A DNA stretch of 64,000 bases from Eledone cirrhosa (taxonomy: Eukaryota): NCBI GenBank assembly GCA_964016885.1, contig OZ024740.1:354640001-354704000 (forward strand), given 5' to 3'. A program made the translations under genes and the position numbers. Under the pieces are notes generated by a model that saw only the letters and a list, made by a program, of their open reading frames with translations, made no database searches and was not told the origin of the DNA. This document shows, in pieces, positions 14,662-28,539 of this stretch (positions are counted from its first letter, which is position 1; each line of letters begins with the position of its first letter).

Positions 14662-15719
14662 ACACACGTATGTATCTCGGAAGCGATCGTGAAATGATGA
14701 ATTTTTTTATGTGGGGAGCTTGTTCTTTGTTTTTGTTTCCTTGTTTTTATTAATTTATCTTGACTCTGTTTTCCTATGACTTTTATCGTAAATTTTTGAA
14801 TGCACCTTCTCTTTTTATGATATCTTCTATATTGGGATTACATTGAGTTCTTCATACGGATTGGACACTACCGTATATTTTAGTAGATTTATCTACACAC
14901 ATATATATATATATATATATATACTGGTCATTGACACACTTCTACTGTATCTGTGTGTTAGTGATGAGGTCATACATGTATGACACATTTTTTGACACTT
15001 TATAGTATATTATTACTATTGCAAAATAAAACAGGAATAAGTATAGTTGCATATGTGTGTTTTAAATGGATATCTTATGATATAATCATTAACCAATATA
15101 ATCTCCAATGAAAAGTCTTTTAATTTATGACATTTTTAAAGTAAAACACAATCCTTTGTTTAAGAAGCACTTGGTAAATTCAAGATAAACATACTACACA
15201 TGAAAACTTGTTTTGTAATCATTCTCTTTCATTAGATTTTTGTTTCATTCTCGACCAACAAAATGATATTTCTAGTGCAAATCTGAATAAAGTAGAGAAA
15301 GAGATAATATCTAGACATATGTGCATAATATACATTAATTAATCACTTCATGAATTCACACTGCTAATTATTACTGAATTACATTCTAAAGTATTTATGA
15401 AAATAATATTTTATAAATCCACAAACTTTAGTCTCTGACTTTCTATATTTATTAGGTAAAAAAAAAAAAAATCAATCCTATGAATCTTTCTTCATAACAT
15501 GTTAACTGTAGCTCCTACTTTTGTATCTATTTTGTAGATAGATTTTAGCAGTGATACAGGATTACACTTTTTTTGTTCTATTTTATGACTAATCTGAATT
15601 ATCAATGTCCTACAATGAAAGCAAACCACCATGGTAGTTTCACCTGGTTGTCATGTAAACCATTAAATTATACTCATTAGTTGTTGAAAATGTCTTTGTT
15701 GGTGCCACAACATCCAGGC

Positions 15720-15983
15720 CGAAACAAATGAGATCGTGTAGGTGTCACGACAAAAAAACACACAGTCCATGCTGTAATGTGGCCGTGTAGGCAACACGGT
15801 AAAAACCTCCCAGTCCCACACTGTAAATGTGGTTGGTGTTAGGAAGGGCATCCAGCTGTAGAAAACCCGCCAGACAGTCCTATGCGAGCAAGACAACCAC
15901 TCTTGCCTCAAGTGGGAAAACCCCCGTCCAAATCCATGCAAGCGTGGAACATGGACATTGAACGATGATGATGATGATGATGA

Positions 15984-15990
<7 letters not shown>
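15720..15990 (+). mobile_element. SINE/LINE-tail repeat with (GAT)n tail
   Basis: ggttggtgttaggaagggcatccagctgtag...ccatgcaagcgtggaac...gatgatgat. The motif recurs at 8765, 8915, 17275, 24260-24440 (minus) and 28430-28830 (minus). Confidence 0.7.
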
Positions 15991-16020
<30 letters not shown>

Positions 16021-16185
16021 GTTGAAAAGGTAACACACCAGAGAGAGATATACAGTGCGCTATCAATAAAACAGGGAAAAAAAACCCACCAGTGTATGGA
16101 ATCTATAACCTATGAAAGGCAGACTATAGACACGATAATTAAAAATATAAATTAAAGCGTAAATAAATACCTCTATAACTATATA

Positions 16186-16279
16186 ACACACGTACAAATC
16201 CAAAGATACTAATCCAAAGATATGTTTCACCAATACTTTGTTGAAAGAAATGGGTTAACCTCGGTTCATCAGCGTGTGT
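16186..16279 (-). ncRNA. Type I hammerhead ribozyme (inverted copy)
   Basis: Reverse complement of 16655-16748 with an intact core. Confidence 0.72.
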
Positions 16280-16654
16280 AAGGCTATACATTTCAGACAA
16301 CACTAAGAGAATTTTAAAAGTGACTGTCGAGCTACACGTGGGAGAGAGAAGTCACAGCGTGTTTAAGGGCAGTGAACAGGATTTCTTCTCCTTTGAGCAC
16401 ATTATTTACAGGGAATAGCGAGGGCCTATGCCTCCGTTAATTTATTGTGATATTTCGCTCCTAATAACAGTCTTTCCTATCTCTGTTTGGTTGAGCACAC
16501 TTCTCTGAGTGGCTTTGGGCTGCCCTTTCTAGCAGTTCGTCCCTCAGAGGCCACTGGTTCACTGCCCTTAAACACGCTGTGACTTCTCTCTCCCATGTGT
16601 AGCTGGACAGTCACTTTTAAAATTCTCTTAGTGTTGTCTGAAATGTATAGCCTT

Positions 16655-16748
16655 ACACACGCTGATGAACCGAGGCTAACCCATTTCTTTCAACAAAGTA
16701 CTGGTGAAACATATCTTTGGATTAGTATCTTTGGATTTGTACGTGTGT
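16655..16748 (+). ncRNA. Type I hammerhead ribozyme
   Basis: ACACACG (stem I), CTGATGA, ACC-[31 nt]-GGT (stem II), GAAA, CATATC...GATTTG (stem III, one mismatch), TA (GUA triplet), CGTGTGT (stem I'). Confidence 0.75.
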
Positions 16749-17003
16749 TATATAGTTATAGAGGTATTTATTTACGTTTTAATTTATATTTTTTAATTAT
16801 CGTGTTTATAGTCTGCCTTTCATAGGTTATAGATTCCATACACTGGTGGGTTTTTTTCCCTGTTTTATTGATAACGCACTGTATATCTCTCTCTGGTGTG
16901 TTACCCTTTCAACATATTGTATTTTAAAGAGCTCAGGATTTCTTCTCCTTTGAGCACATTATTTACAGGGAATAGCGAGGCCTATGCCTCCGTTAATTTA
17001 TTG

Positions 17004-17074
<71 letters not shown>

Positions 17075-17380
17075 AGGCACAAGGCTTAGTGGTTAGAGCA
17101 TTGGCCTTGTAATTCCCAGAGACCGGGTGATGTCTTGTTTACTTGAGCAAGACACTTTATTTCACATTGCTCCAGTTTACTCAGCTGTAGAAATGAGATG
17201 TCTCTATCATTCCACTGTAAAGTGGACGTGTAGGTGCCACAGAATAAAAGCACCCACCACTCACTGTAAATGAGGTTGGTGTTAGGAAGGGCATCCAGCT
17301 GTAGAAATCAAGCCAGAATCAGTTCCCGTCCCACCCTTGCAAGCAGGGAAAAAGCGGACGTAAAATGAAATGAATGAAAT
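17075..17380 (+). mobile_element. tRNA-derived SINE (second family)
   Basis: ggcttagtggttagagcattgg (A box)...ttgagcaagacactttatttcacattgctccag, with an (AATG)n-like tail. Confidence 0.7.
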
Positions 17381-18907
17381 GATATATATATATCTATATA
17401 TCAAAGGCGTATATTGAGTTAGAAACTCAAAATAGTCTCTTACAATGAATTAGCTCTAAGAAAGAGATTTTTCAGAGCCATATAACATAACTGAACAAAA
17501 AAGAAAAACGAACACAGACATATATATATGTGTGTTCAAATCGTAAGGGACCAGATATATATATATGAAAAGACTCTGCAGTTTCTAATTACCCATTCGA
17601 CTCACAAGGCAATAGGTCAACCTGAGGCTATAGTACTCAAGGTGCCATTACAGTGGGTCTGAACTCAGAACTAACTAGTTGTAAAGTGAACTTTTAACCA
17701 CTTAGCCATGTCTGCACCTACTTATAGCTAAATGAACTAAGCAATTGAGTACTTACTGTACCTGTTCTAGATGCATATCACAATGTTTCTCATGGAAAGT
17801 GAACTATTGGCTCTATGGCTGGGAGACAAACTTCTCTACTTAACCAGTTACAACTCTCATATGTGTTTATATGCATGGTTGCCTGTTTGTATTGCAGCAA
17901 TTGCATCTGTTACACTTATCACAGATGCATTGCTCTAAATATCCTCTTTTAGATTATTGATTCTTAAATATTGCTGCATTTAAATATACCACTGTATTGT
18001 TGTTCTACTTTACAATTGCTCTTTAACCTTTAACCAACCAACCAAACCAAAACTGCCTCTGATTCTATGGAACAAAACCATCCGTTTTAAAAGGTTTCTA
18101 TTTAAATTAATTTCTTCCAACATTATTTGATATAAGAACTTTGTATTATGTTACAAATACAATGTAAATAATTAAATAATTTATCATTTTAGTAACTTCT
18201 TCCAAATTCTTCATTAATTAATTCAAAAACTGTGGATTTCATTAGAAATATAATAATGAAAGGGTTTCACTGTTTTTTTTTTTTTTGTTTTTTTGCTTTA
18301 GATAATGTAAGTGCAGTATGTGTTGGATTGACAAACAGATCCACTTTTACTGAGATATATAATACTTTATTTTATTTTTTAAATAAATAATATAAAGAAA
18401 GCATTATATATCTTAGTAACAGCAGATCTGCATTTCAATATATCCCTTCTACATGACCGACTGTAGATATATATATATGTGTATTTATGAGACTGTATTC
18501 AGTTTCCTATTTAATTGAACTTATTACCTGCCAGGTTATAAATATTTCTTCCTTAGTCACTCAGTTATTGAAAAGCCATGTCTCACACAGCTATAATTTC
18601 ATAGTTTATTTTTAGCATTCATATATATATATATAAAGTATCTGACCTGATAGCCTTAAAATGAACAGCCCAAACATTTTGCTAAATCTGGAATAATTTT
18701 GGAAAGATAGCTCCCATTCTCATCCATTATCCATTTCCTTAACAGACTGAAAGTAGCAAAATCTTGTTATGCTATCTCTTAAGAGCAGAAATTAAACTGA
18801 TTTAAAACACAGGCATGATATCAAATAAACTAACCACATAAACAGAATATAAAGTGCTACTGACATTAAAGGGTTAAACATTGGGTTTTATTATTAAATA
18901 AAAGAAA

Positions 18908-19097
18908 GGGCGGTGGATTGGCAGTATCGGTAGAGGGTCGGACGCCATGCTTTCCAGCATAGTTACGTCCCTTTACCATCTGAGTTCAAATCCCGCCGAG
19001 GTTGACTTTGCCTTTCATCCTTACGGGGTCGATAAAATAAAGTACCAGTAATGCACTGGTAATTGCTGGCCTTGTGCCTAAAGTAGAAACAATTATT
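18908..19097 (+). mobile_element. Nin/Deu-domain tRNA SINE, full length
   Basis: A box, B box gagttcaaatcc and gcctttcatccttacggggtcgataaaataaagtaccag. Flanked by a ttattaaataaaagaaa duplication. Confidence 0.9.
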
Positions 19098-19489
19098 AAA
19101 TAAAAGAAAAACAAAGTGATAGCAAAAGTATAAATTATAGTGTTAGAGATGATGGTGATGATTATGATAACAACGATGATAAAGATGATGATGATTTATA
19201 TAGAATAGTGATGGTGATGATTATGATGGTCTCTTTCTCTCTCTCTCTCTCTCTAAAGAGAGAGAGAGAGAGACTTAAAGAATATTGAAAGCATAAATAT
19301 GGTGCTAGTAATTGTATATAAGAAAACATCAGTTATAGCCTATTGAAATAAATTATTGGGAAAATGGACATAATATGAGACTAGATAAAGAAAAGTGAGA
19401 TTAAGATAGATTATTGAATCTACTTTTAATTAATGAACCAAGGAGACTAGAAAAACTGAGGCTAATTTTATCTAATATAATTACAGCTT

Positions 19490-19633
19490 ACAGCATAGAG
19501 TTTCGTCCCTTTATGATCTGAGTTCAAATCCCGCCGAGGTTAACTTTGCCTTTCATCCTTACGGGGTCGATAAAATAAAGTACCAGTAATGTACTGAGTA
19601 ATTGATGGCCTTGTACCAAAAGTAGAAACAATT
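19490..19633 (+). mobile_element. Nin/Deu-domain SINE, 5' truncated
   Basis: Same family. Flanked by an aattacagcttacag duplication. Confidence 0.85.
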
Positions 19634-20784
19634 ACAGCTTACAGGAAGACATGTTCTTCACACATCCACAGATGTAAAACTTTAGACACATCATCAGTGT
19701 TGTATCTTGGAGTCACTAGATGTTTTGAATCTTATTACATACACCCTCATCAAGGTAACCCAACCATGATTGGTTGATGAAGCTTCAGAGTGTGTCCATA
19801 TAGTATACATACTACTGACCCCATCAGTCACTTCTCTTCAGTCATACCCATTTAGATGCCCTTTTTGTTGCTTCCATGTTGTTTTTTATGGCTCTCTTCC
19901 TGTAATGCTCAGAGTTCTACAAGCTTTGCTAATTTCAGAAAATGGAAACATAATTGACCCAACAACAGCATCTGTAAACCTTAGATATTACTTTTTTTGT
20001 AGTTGTTGATGTTTCCATTGTTTTGAATAGTTATTGTTATCCTTATTACATCTATGGTGGGCTAAGAATGATTAAGAAGTTTGGTTCACATTTATAAAGT
20101 CCAACGTTCAATCCCATTGAGTGGCATTTTGAACAATTGTCATTTACCATAGCTTTCGGTCAACCCAAGATTTGTGAATGAAATTGAGTAAATGGAAGCC
20201 CATCAGATGGATTGTACAAGTAATGGCCAGCCTTGTCACACATTGCCTCATGCTGAATCTCTCTAAGTATTATGTTATGAGTATTCATGTCTACGCAATG
20301 CTCAACCCTTTACAATTTAATTCCACAAGTAGGCTGTTCTCTTTATTAAACAACAAAAACAGTCATTGTTGATAGTTACTGGGGTCCATTCTAGTCACCT
20401 TTAATTGAAAAGATTGCATATTACAATTCCTCTATATTGGACATGTCATGTCGCTGCTCTGGTCTAGTCTGGTTTAGCTTTCTGGAATCCCAGCAGGCAA
20501 TATTTGGTTGTGTTTTATGCAATGAAACAGACATTGCATGGTGTATCTAGTTTGTTCTGTCTAATCTAGTTTAATCTATTCTGATATGTTCACAGTGAGT
20601 AGAGCAGAGTGATGTGGTCACAATCAGTACTTGTTAATATAAATTCTCTAGGCTTTATTATAAGAGAGCTGTCAACCCAGGCTTTAGGAACAGAAATACA
20701 ATTTATGTAATAATCATTGAATTTTTTAATACATGCACACAAACACACTCATATATATGTATCTGTAAATATATATATATATAT

Positions 20785-21591
20785 TTTTTTAGGGGGGGGT
20801 TCTGGATTAAATTTTTCGTATTAGTTTTTCATATATATCGTATGAGCATTTGTGTAGCTTGTATTAGAATTTATGTATTGTAGCAGTACTCTTATATATC
20901 GTATTAGTATTCATTTTCGGGATTCTGAATAAATATTTCGTATTAGTTTCGGGACTCTGAATTATTATTTCGTATTAGTTTTTTTTTAGTATTTTGGCCC
21001 CCTACTTGTTGACCTGTCATTGTAAGATAGATTTAGCCGATTACTACTAACTCATAAAATTCTTTCACTACAATCTCGTATTTAGTATTCCGTCCCACCT
21101 ATTAAACTTTTCTATAGTTTAGCAGTACCAGCGAGAGATTTGATGATTGAGGTAGGGGAATAGTAACCAGAAATTGTGTTTTTTAATATTTTTAATATTT
21201 TTTATATTTTTCTATATATTTACTCCATATAGATTTACTTATTGTTTCGACTTCCTCCCCCCTCCCCCTCTCTAGTATACTTCTCTCGACCTCTTATCCT
21301 TAGGATTCTGCTGTAATTGTCACTTTCAACGCACGACTGGGTTTCCTCCACTCCCTCTCCCTCTTTCTTCTACTGGCAAGTTCAGCTACTCCTACCTTCT
21401 ACAAAATGCCATGATAGAATCATGTATCTCAACAACAAACTTTTGACCAATCCTTGTGACAATCACTTTTACCATATATGGAATTACCCCCTGAGAAGTT
21501 CGGCTATTCATTTACCAGGATAAAAATTTTCATTTAGTCCAGAATTAGCCGTCGAAACAGCTTGAGCTCAGCCGTCGGGGTCCTACTCGTT

Positions 21592-21595
<4 letters not shown>
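20785..21595 (+). mobile_element. PLE-like non-coding 3' region ending in a hammerhead motif, between (TA)n tracts
   Basis: T-rich tract with cgtattag repeats. Terminal hammerhead-like fold at 21486-21581. Confidence 0.55.
21486..21581 (+). ncRNA. Hammerhead-like motif (core CUGAGAA, probably inactivated)
   Basis: ACCCC, CTGAGAA, CGGCTA...TAGCCG stem II, GAAAC, near-palindromic AGCTTGAGCTCAGCC, GTC, GGGGT. Confidence 0.55.
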
Positions 21596-21635
<40 letters not shown>

Positions 21636-21854
21636 TGTGTGTATGTGTGTGTTAATGTATATATATATATATATTAAAAAAAGGCAAACACAGAGATACA
21701 AAACAATGTTATTAGGTTCATGGTGAGATGCCCATTGTCAGGAGATACAGATTAAAGATAGAGAAACATTTTTTTAGGAAAAAAAATTGTTAAAATGACA
21801 TGTAACTTAGGTGGACAAGCTAATTGCAAGATGTAACAAAGTTAGTTACAGTCG

Positions 21855-21894
<40 letters not shown>

Positions 21895-22112
21895 GTATAT
21901 ATACTTTCTAAAATCTCCATGGTGGGAAGCCATTTTTAATTATATGACATACTGAATGATGTTAAATGATGATGATGATGACGATATATTATTGTCCAAC
22001 CTTTGCTATCAGGGAAAAAGGATGTTAAATGATGATGTATTATATCACATTATATTAATATATGTTATTGTATTACTATTTATGTTGAAATGTCAGTAGT
22101 ATTTAAAACTAA

Positions 22113-22434
22113 CATATTTATTGGTATAACACTTTTTACCCCTAAAATTCAGGGCTTCAAATCCATCTGCATTTTATACACACATAGTACCTTTTATAAA
22201 AGGGAAAAATTATTTTTTTATTTCTCTAAAAGGAAAAGCTGCAATGGAACTATCTTATAATTCATATAAGTCCTTTCATTTTATTTGCCCTTTTAATGCA
22301 GTAAATATATGTGTTGAGATATCTATATGATTGCTGGGTTCAAAAGCCTTTTATTTTAATTTAATTTCTTTTTAACTTAACCTACTTTTTCAAAATTATT
22401 ATATGCCAATGCATGTTATATGCCAATAAATATG
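22113..22434. mobile_element. Degenerate Tc1/mariner-type MITE
   Basis: Imperfect terminal inverted repeats catattttattggtataacac and tgttatatgccaataaatatg. Confidence 0.45.
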
Positions 22435-25400
22435 ATATTTATTTCATCAGGCCACCGTATATGTTCCATTGTATAGTGTTTAAACAAGAACCTTATACTG
22501 CATATGAAAAAATAACTTGAATTTATACATGCATGAATATATAAAATGTTTGTGAGGTCTTGTTTCAAATTTGTAATGTTTTAATTCAATATAACTGAGT
22601 TATTTTCATAAACCAAAACCAGTGAAGTAAAAGAAAATGGAAAAGGAAATATTTTAAGTTTGTTCTGAGATTTAAACGTGAATCATAATTCAATAAAGAC
22701 TTGAAATATTTTTCAATAGATTCAAAATTAATATTGTGCTTTTGTAATATCTTTGATTTTCTACTGCTTCATCATATATTTGATTTATGAAAACGCCTCC
22801 ATTTTATCAACTTGAAATTTAGAATAAAAAGATTTTAAAAAGAGTATTGAAAATCCCTCCCCTTCTAAAAAAAAAAAAACAATCTAAAAAATATTAGATT
22901 TATCCTTCGATTAAGGGGTCATTATTTAGATACACTAGATTACAAGTTGTCTGTTCAATGACTAGGGTAATAAATTTTATAGTCATTTTTTTTATTGGTT
23001 AAAAAAAAATAAAAGATTGTTAAAAATCATTATAGTGAGAGGTCACAGGAAAAATCGAAGGTGTAAAGTTTGGTTATATAGGAAACAATCAAGCAGATGA
23101 ATTTCTTAAAATATATTCCACAATCAAGTAAGTATAGGAAAATCTCAAGATTGAAGTCCTGGCAATTATCTGCTATAACTGAGAATATTGATGTTGTTGA
23201 ATCAAAGATATACCAAAATTTATGTCCAAATGTTGTTATTATTTTTCCTATAGATCTTACCATTTCACTCTACAATTATGCCAGAAATAAAATATTCAAT
23301 AATTCCAAGCTGTTACTACCGTTTTCTCGAAAACTATCTTATCTTTTATGGGTATAACTTATTTATCATACACGACTTATTTTTTATCATAACATGGTTG
23401 AAGGAAAGTATCTCAGGGTTGCATTCAGCATATTAAGGGTTTCATGTAAAATTAGCATTACAGTTGTTTTTAGATATTAAACACCTACTGAGAGAGATTT
23501 TGTTTATTGCATAGCTTATCACAGTTAATCAAAGATTTTCAGTTCACTAGATTACATAACCCTGACTATTAATTGCCTTAACTTAAACGCAAAAATATTG
23601 ACACCAAACAAACGCTATCCATGACTCAAACAAATGTAATCCATAAACTTACACTCAACCTTACCCACCAGATACATACCATAGAAGACATAAAGTAAAA
23701 CTATTCACATCCTTCAGAACCATACCCAAAATGCTCCCAGTATAACAACCAAACCTACATTACTAAACTGTTATGGAGCTGACAAATATTATCAAGCTGC
23801 AGCCATCATATTGTATGGTTTCTATACAACATATGTATAGCTCTCTATAACATATGTGAAACCTTATTAAGGGAATATTATCATCATACATTACATAGAA
23901 ATAGACTTATATTTAATGCCTCGTAGATAAATATGTCCCAAATCCTGATATTTAGTACATCTATATATTAGACCAGATTAAGACCATCTATTTTGACTAT
24001 CTGTGGATCATCTTTTTTTTGTTTTTCTTTTGTTCCCAATGGAGCATTGAACAACTTTCATTCTTTTTGTAGCAGTTTTAATGAAAGCAGTAAGACTGGT
24101 AGCCTCATACACCATCCCTCCTCCATTCTCAACATAGGCTGAAAACCAACCTAACATTTCAAAGTCAAGTAAGATGGTCAACTGGAACTAGCTGAGCCTG
24201 AGACAAATATTTTCATTCTCTTTTTAAAAGAACATTAGATAATATTATATCCAATCATCATCATCACATCGTTTAGCATCCATTTTTCCATGCTTGCATA
24301 GGTTAGACGGGTTGTCCACGTTGGAAGTCAAGTCTGGCCAGAATTGGCCACGCTGCACCTTGCCCCAATGAGGACTGTAAATCTGGCTGGGGATTTTACA
24401 GATGGGTGCCCTTCCTAACACTAACCACATTTACAGTGTGATATTGAACTAAAATTTCTTTAAATCATTTCATTCTACTTTAAAAGAAACAGTGCGTAAC
24501 AGTACATCCAGTTTTGAAATGTTTCTTTAAATCCCAGTTAACGGTAAGTTTGGTATTGAAATAACGTTTCTTCAAATCACTTTATTTCAAAGGAACATTA
24601 CATAACATTATATTCAATATTGAAATAACATTTCTTAAAATCGTTTCACTCTACTTTGAAATGATGGGCAATGGTATGTCTAGTTTTGAAATAATGTTTC
24701 TATAAATCCTGGATAACACAAGATAATACAAATATTAATTGTGCATGACCTGTAAGAGTGGTGTAGTTGTCACTGGCTGAATCAACAGCCAGGGAGAATA
24801 ATGAATATTGATGGTTGCATGCACAAATATTCACATTTCTTCACCTTACCTTCAATACCTATGATATGTAGGAAAAGTTTAACTCTTTTGTTACCATATT
24901 TCTAATGAAATACACTGTCAATGTGTATCAATTAATTTTGAAAATTTGAAGAACTTGATGAAATAACTAACCTTTTCCTTAGTAAGCTAATGTTTAAAAC
25001 ATTACTTCATGTTTTGTCTTTATTATTTATAAACTTAGAGCAATTTTTGTTAAATAACTATTGATTTTCACTATTCGGATTAGGGAACTAATGTTAAAAT
25101 ATTCCAATGTTGTTCAAGGAGGTAATCAGTTGTGGCAGTAGCAACCGTCAGGGAAGAAAGAGTTAAATAAAATTATGGAAGGTTTTAATATATGTAATGA
25201 ACATCTTAAAATGAACAGTTCTGTCATACAACCAGGGCAGTTGCAAGTGGGTTGAAATTAAAAGGGTTAAAATATATCAAATTTATCTCACTGTTCTATT
25301 GACTCCAGAGGAATGAATGGAAAAATTCAACATGGCAAAATATAATATCAAAATCACAGAGGCCCAAATCAAATATTGAGAGTTAGTCTGATTCTCAACC

Positions 25401-26589
25401 ATAAGTGTTTTTGTTTTTTATAGGAATAAGGACCAAATGACAATATGTTATAGTTGCTGTGGACATAAAGATCTAGAATAGCAGTCACATAGTCATAAAT
25501 CTTATATTACTGTCATTGTACTGAGCCTGTGAATAATGAACATGATTCTGCTTGTCTAACTTTATGGTTGAATGGTTTCTAGTATGATTAGTAGCTGAAA
25601 ATATCCTCTTACAAATATATCATTTCACCCACACAAAGGCAGCCAATTGGTAAAGTGGTTGGAGCATCAGACAAAATAGGGGACACAGAATGCTCGAATG
25701 GCTAAGGAGTTTGCTTCACAATCATTGGCTCCTAGATTCAATTCCATTGCATGGTATCTAAAACAAGAGTCATTTACCAAAGCCTCAAATTAATCCATGA
25801 ATTGTGAGTGAAATTAGGTATATGGAAATTGTTTGGAAGTTCATCAGAGGGATTCTACTTGTAATTCAAAGGACCAGCTTTGTCACACACTATTACATGC
25901 TGAATCTCTTTGCGAATTACATTAAAGGTACATGTGTCTGTAGAATGCTCAACCATTTACACATTAATTTCATGAACAGGCTGTTACATTGTTCAAACAA
26001 CCAGAACACTCATTGTAGAAACTGATGAAGTTGCATTCAAGACAAAACACCTCGCAGTATTTGTTCTAATCCCGCTGATGTCAACTTTACCATTCCTCCT
26101 TTCAGGGTCAATAAAATAAAGCACCAGACTAGAACAGTGGATTAACAGAATTGATAGAGTAATAGCTCCAATGGCTTGTGGTATTTGTTCTGACTTTAAA
26201 CATTCAGAGGTCAAATCTCGATGTTAACTGCTTGCGGGGGGTAGATTTAATATGTCACCTGGTTTAACCACACCACCTCTTCCTTGGGTGGCCTTTAATG
26301 AGGTCCTCTTTGTTGCAAATATTCAGACAAGGTCTCTGGTTTGAGGATTCCTTACTTCCTCAAATCAGTTAAAGAGGCCCTGAAAAACATCACTGACACT
26401 GTCCTTCTCTCCCTGACTAAACAATAGAAAACAAATCATTGTAAAACAATAGAGAAAAACAAAGATGTCATAGGCTGGTTGAATTTCAAATAAATTTCAG
26501 GATCTTTTTTTTAACAATGATATACTTAAGGAGTTTTAACACTGGCCACTTTAGGCCCCCAAAATAATCTTCAACACACTACTGCAAGC

Positions 26590-26920
26590 TGGTAGAATGG
26601 AAGGCACTGCATCAGTTACGATGACGAGTGTTCTAGTTGATCTGATCAACAGAACAGCTTGCTCATGAAATTAACATGCAACTGGCTGAACATTGCACAA
26701 ACACACATACCCTTAACATGGTTCTCAGAGAGATTCGGCGTGACACAGAATGTGACAAAGCTGGCCCTTTAAATTACAGGTACAACTCATTTTTTGCAGC
26801 TGATTGAACTGGAGCGACATGAAATAAAGTGTCTTGCTCAAGGACACAGCGCACTGCAGGGAATCGAACTCACGACCTTACGATCGTGAGCCAAATTCCC
26901 TAACCATAAAGCCATGCACC
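26590..26920 (-). mobile_element. tRNA-derived SINE (second family), near full length
   Basis: Head ggtgcatggctttatggttagg...gtgagttcgattccc on the minus strand. Body matches 56830-57110 and, more distantly, 20060-20380 and 25680-26000. Confidence 0.8.
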
Positions 26921-28539
26921 TATAATTGATGGAATATTCATCAATTATACACATATTGCTTATATATCTGATTCTGTTGTCCTGACACTGATTATGATAA
27001 CTATTTAGTAATAAGAACTCAGTCTCTGGCATTCATTATGAAAAAGGAATCCCTGGGAAAGTTACCCATTTCATCATTTTTGTATTGTGTAATCAATGAA
27101 TGTTTTTCCTTTAAGATATTTATCCTCTCAGATATCCTAAGGGCTGCTAAATATATGTTAAACAATTATATTTTCATGGTATAGGGTTTACCTCACATAA
27201 TATCGAATCCATGAGATTTTGATATTATTTATGTTGAGAACAATACCTTAACATCAGTATGAGTGGCCGGTTACAGCCAGTTTGAACAGAAAGAGATGAG
27301 AGTATTCTGGCTGGATAAGGCTGGTTTAAATGCTAAAGGGTTAATAAGACATGTCCAAAGTTATTGTATTTTCCAAAAATCACCCCACTGCATGATCACA
27401 TTTAATTTTTATTCAATTTGTATTTCAAAGTTATCTTGCCTACCACTGCATGTCCACATTTAATTTTTTGTCACTTTGGGTTTCAGATATATCTCTCTTA
27501 TCTTCATTTACAGGAATTATCATTAACTCTAATGACTTTACTTTTCATTAAGGATGTAATTTCAATTGACAAAACATTTTTTATTCTACTCACTACATTA
27601 ACTACATTAGTTCCATTCAACTACAAGTCATGGAAACAACATATTACAAGTAATGAGTTAAGAACCATCATCCCCTTCTTCCAATTGTCTAAACATGCTT
27701 TCAACTTAACCATCTCTACCACTCTAGTATGCTATCTAATTAAGTCCATTTCCATTTATTTTCTTTCAGTCAGGAATCTGAAACAATGAAAAATATCTTA
27801 GCATGTTTGTAATTTATTAACTGAGAAGATCATTCTAGAAGAAAGGTTTATTTTGAAAGGAAAGATTTCAAGAAAACCAAATAGTATACTTCATTAGTAT
27901 TCACAGAATAGAAGCTAATGGAACAGACTCTAATTCTAACCTATTTTCTTCAATTGAGTTAATATCACCTGTATCTGAAGTAACAGTGAAAGTACAACAT
28001 AGAAGAGTAAAACAAAAGCAAAGGTGTTTAACATCAACAAATAAATAAATTGGCTGTCTTCAACTTGGTAATGCATTAACCTTTCACACACAATAATTAA
28101 CCCTTTCATGACCATATTTCTAATTAAATATACTCTAAATTAATTAATGAAGATTTTGAGGGGGGAATTTACTAAAATTATTAAATATTTCATTACTAAG
28201 ATAGACCTTAACATATAGTTCTTATATAAAATTATGTTAATAGGAACCCTTTAAAATAGGTGGTTTTGGGTAGGTTGGTATTAAAATGGTTAGATACTTA
28301 CAAATAATAAATTGTTTTTTTGCTTAGGCACCAAATATATGATTGGGGAGAGGGTGGTGAAAAGGTATTACTATAACAAGAATATGACTGGTAACAGAGA
28401 GCTGGAAAAAAATTGCACTATAATATTTAAATATCATCACCACTATTTAACATCTATTTTTCCATGCTTGGATAGGTTAGATGGACTATGTTAGAAGACA
28501 AGTCAGGTAAGGTGATTTTGGCTTGGTTTATACAACTGG

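Larger units (their letters stand above)
16016..17004 (+). mobile_element. Non-coding PLE/retrozyme-like element with inverted 5' copy and terminal direct repeat
   Basis: Inverted arms 16016-16377 and 16557-16918 (about 360 bp, near identical). Direct repeat 16377-16448 and 16934-17004. (TA)n on both sides, and a hammerhead in each arm. Confidence 0.8.

Noticed and set aside
18908-19000. tRNA gene
   Set aside because: The A/B boxes belong to SINE heads, and no cloverleaf or acceptor stem is present.
23030-23357. Possible PLE RT remnant (KLYTFDFS, minus strand)
   Set aside because: Only one short motif, and the surrounding sequence is too degraded to support a call.
27593-27777. Minus-strand exon with good acceptor and donor
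   Set aside because: Stops in all three frames, so it is not called as CDS. It could only be a non-coding exon.
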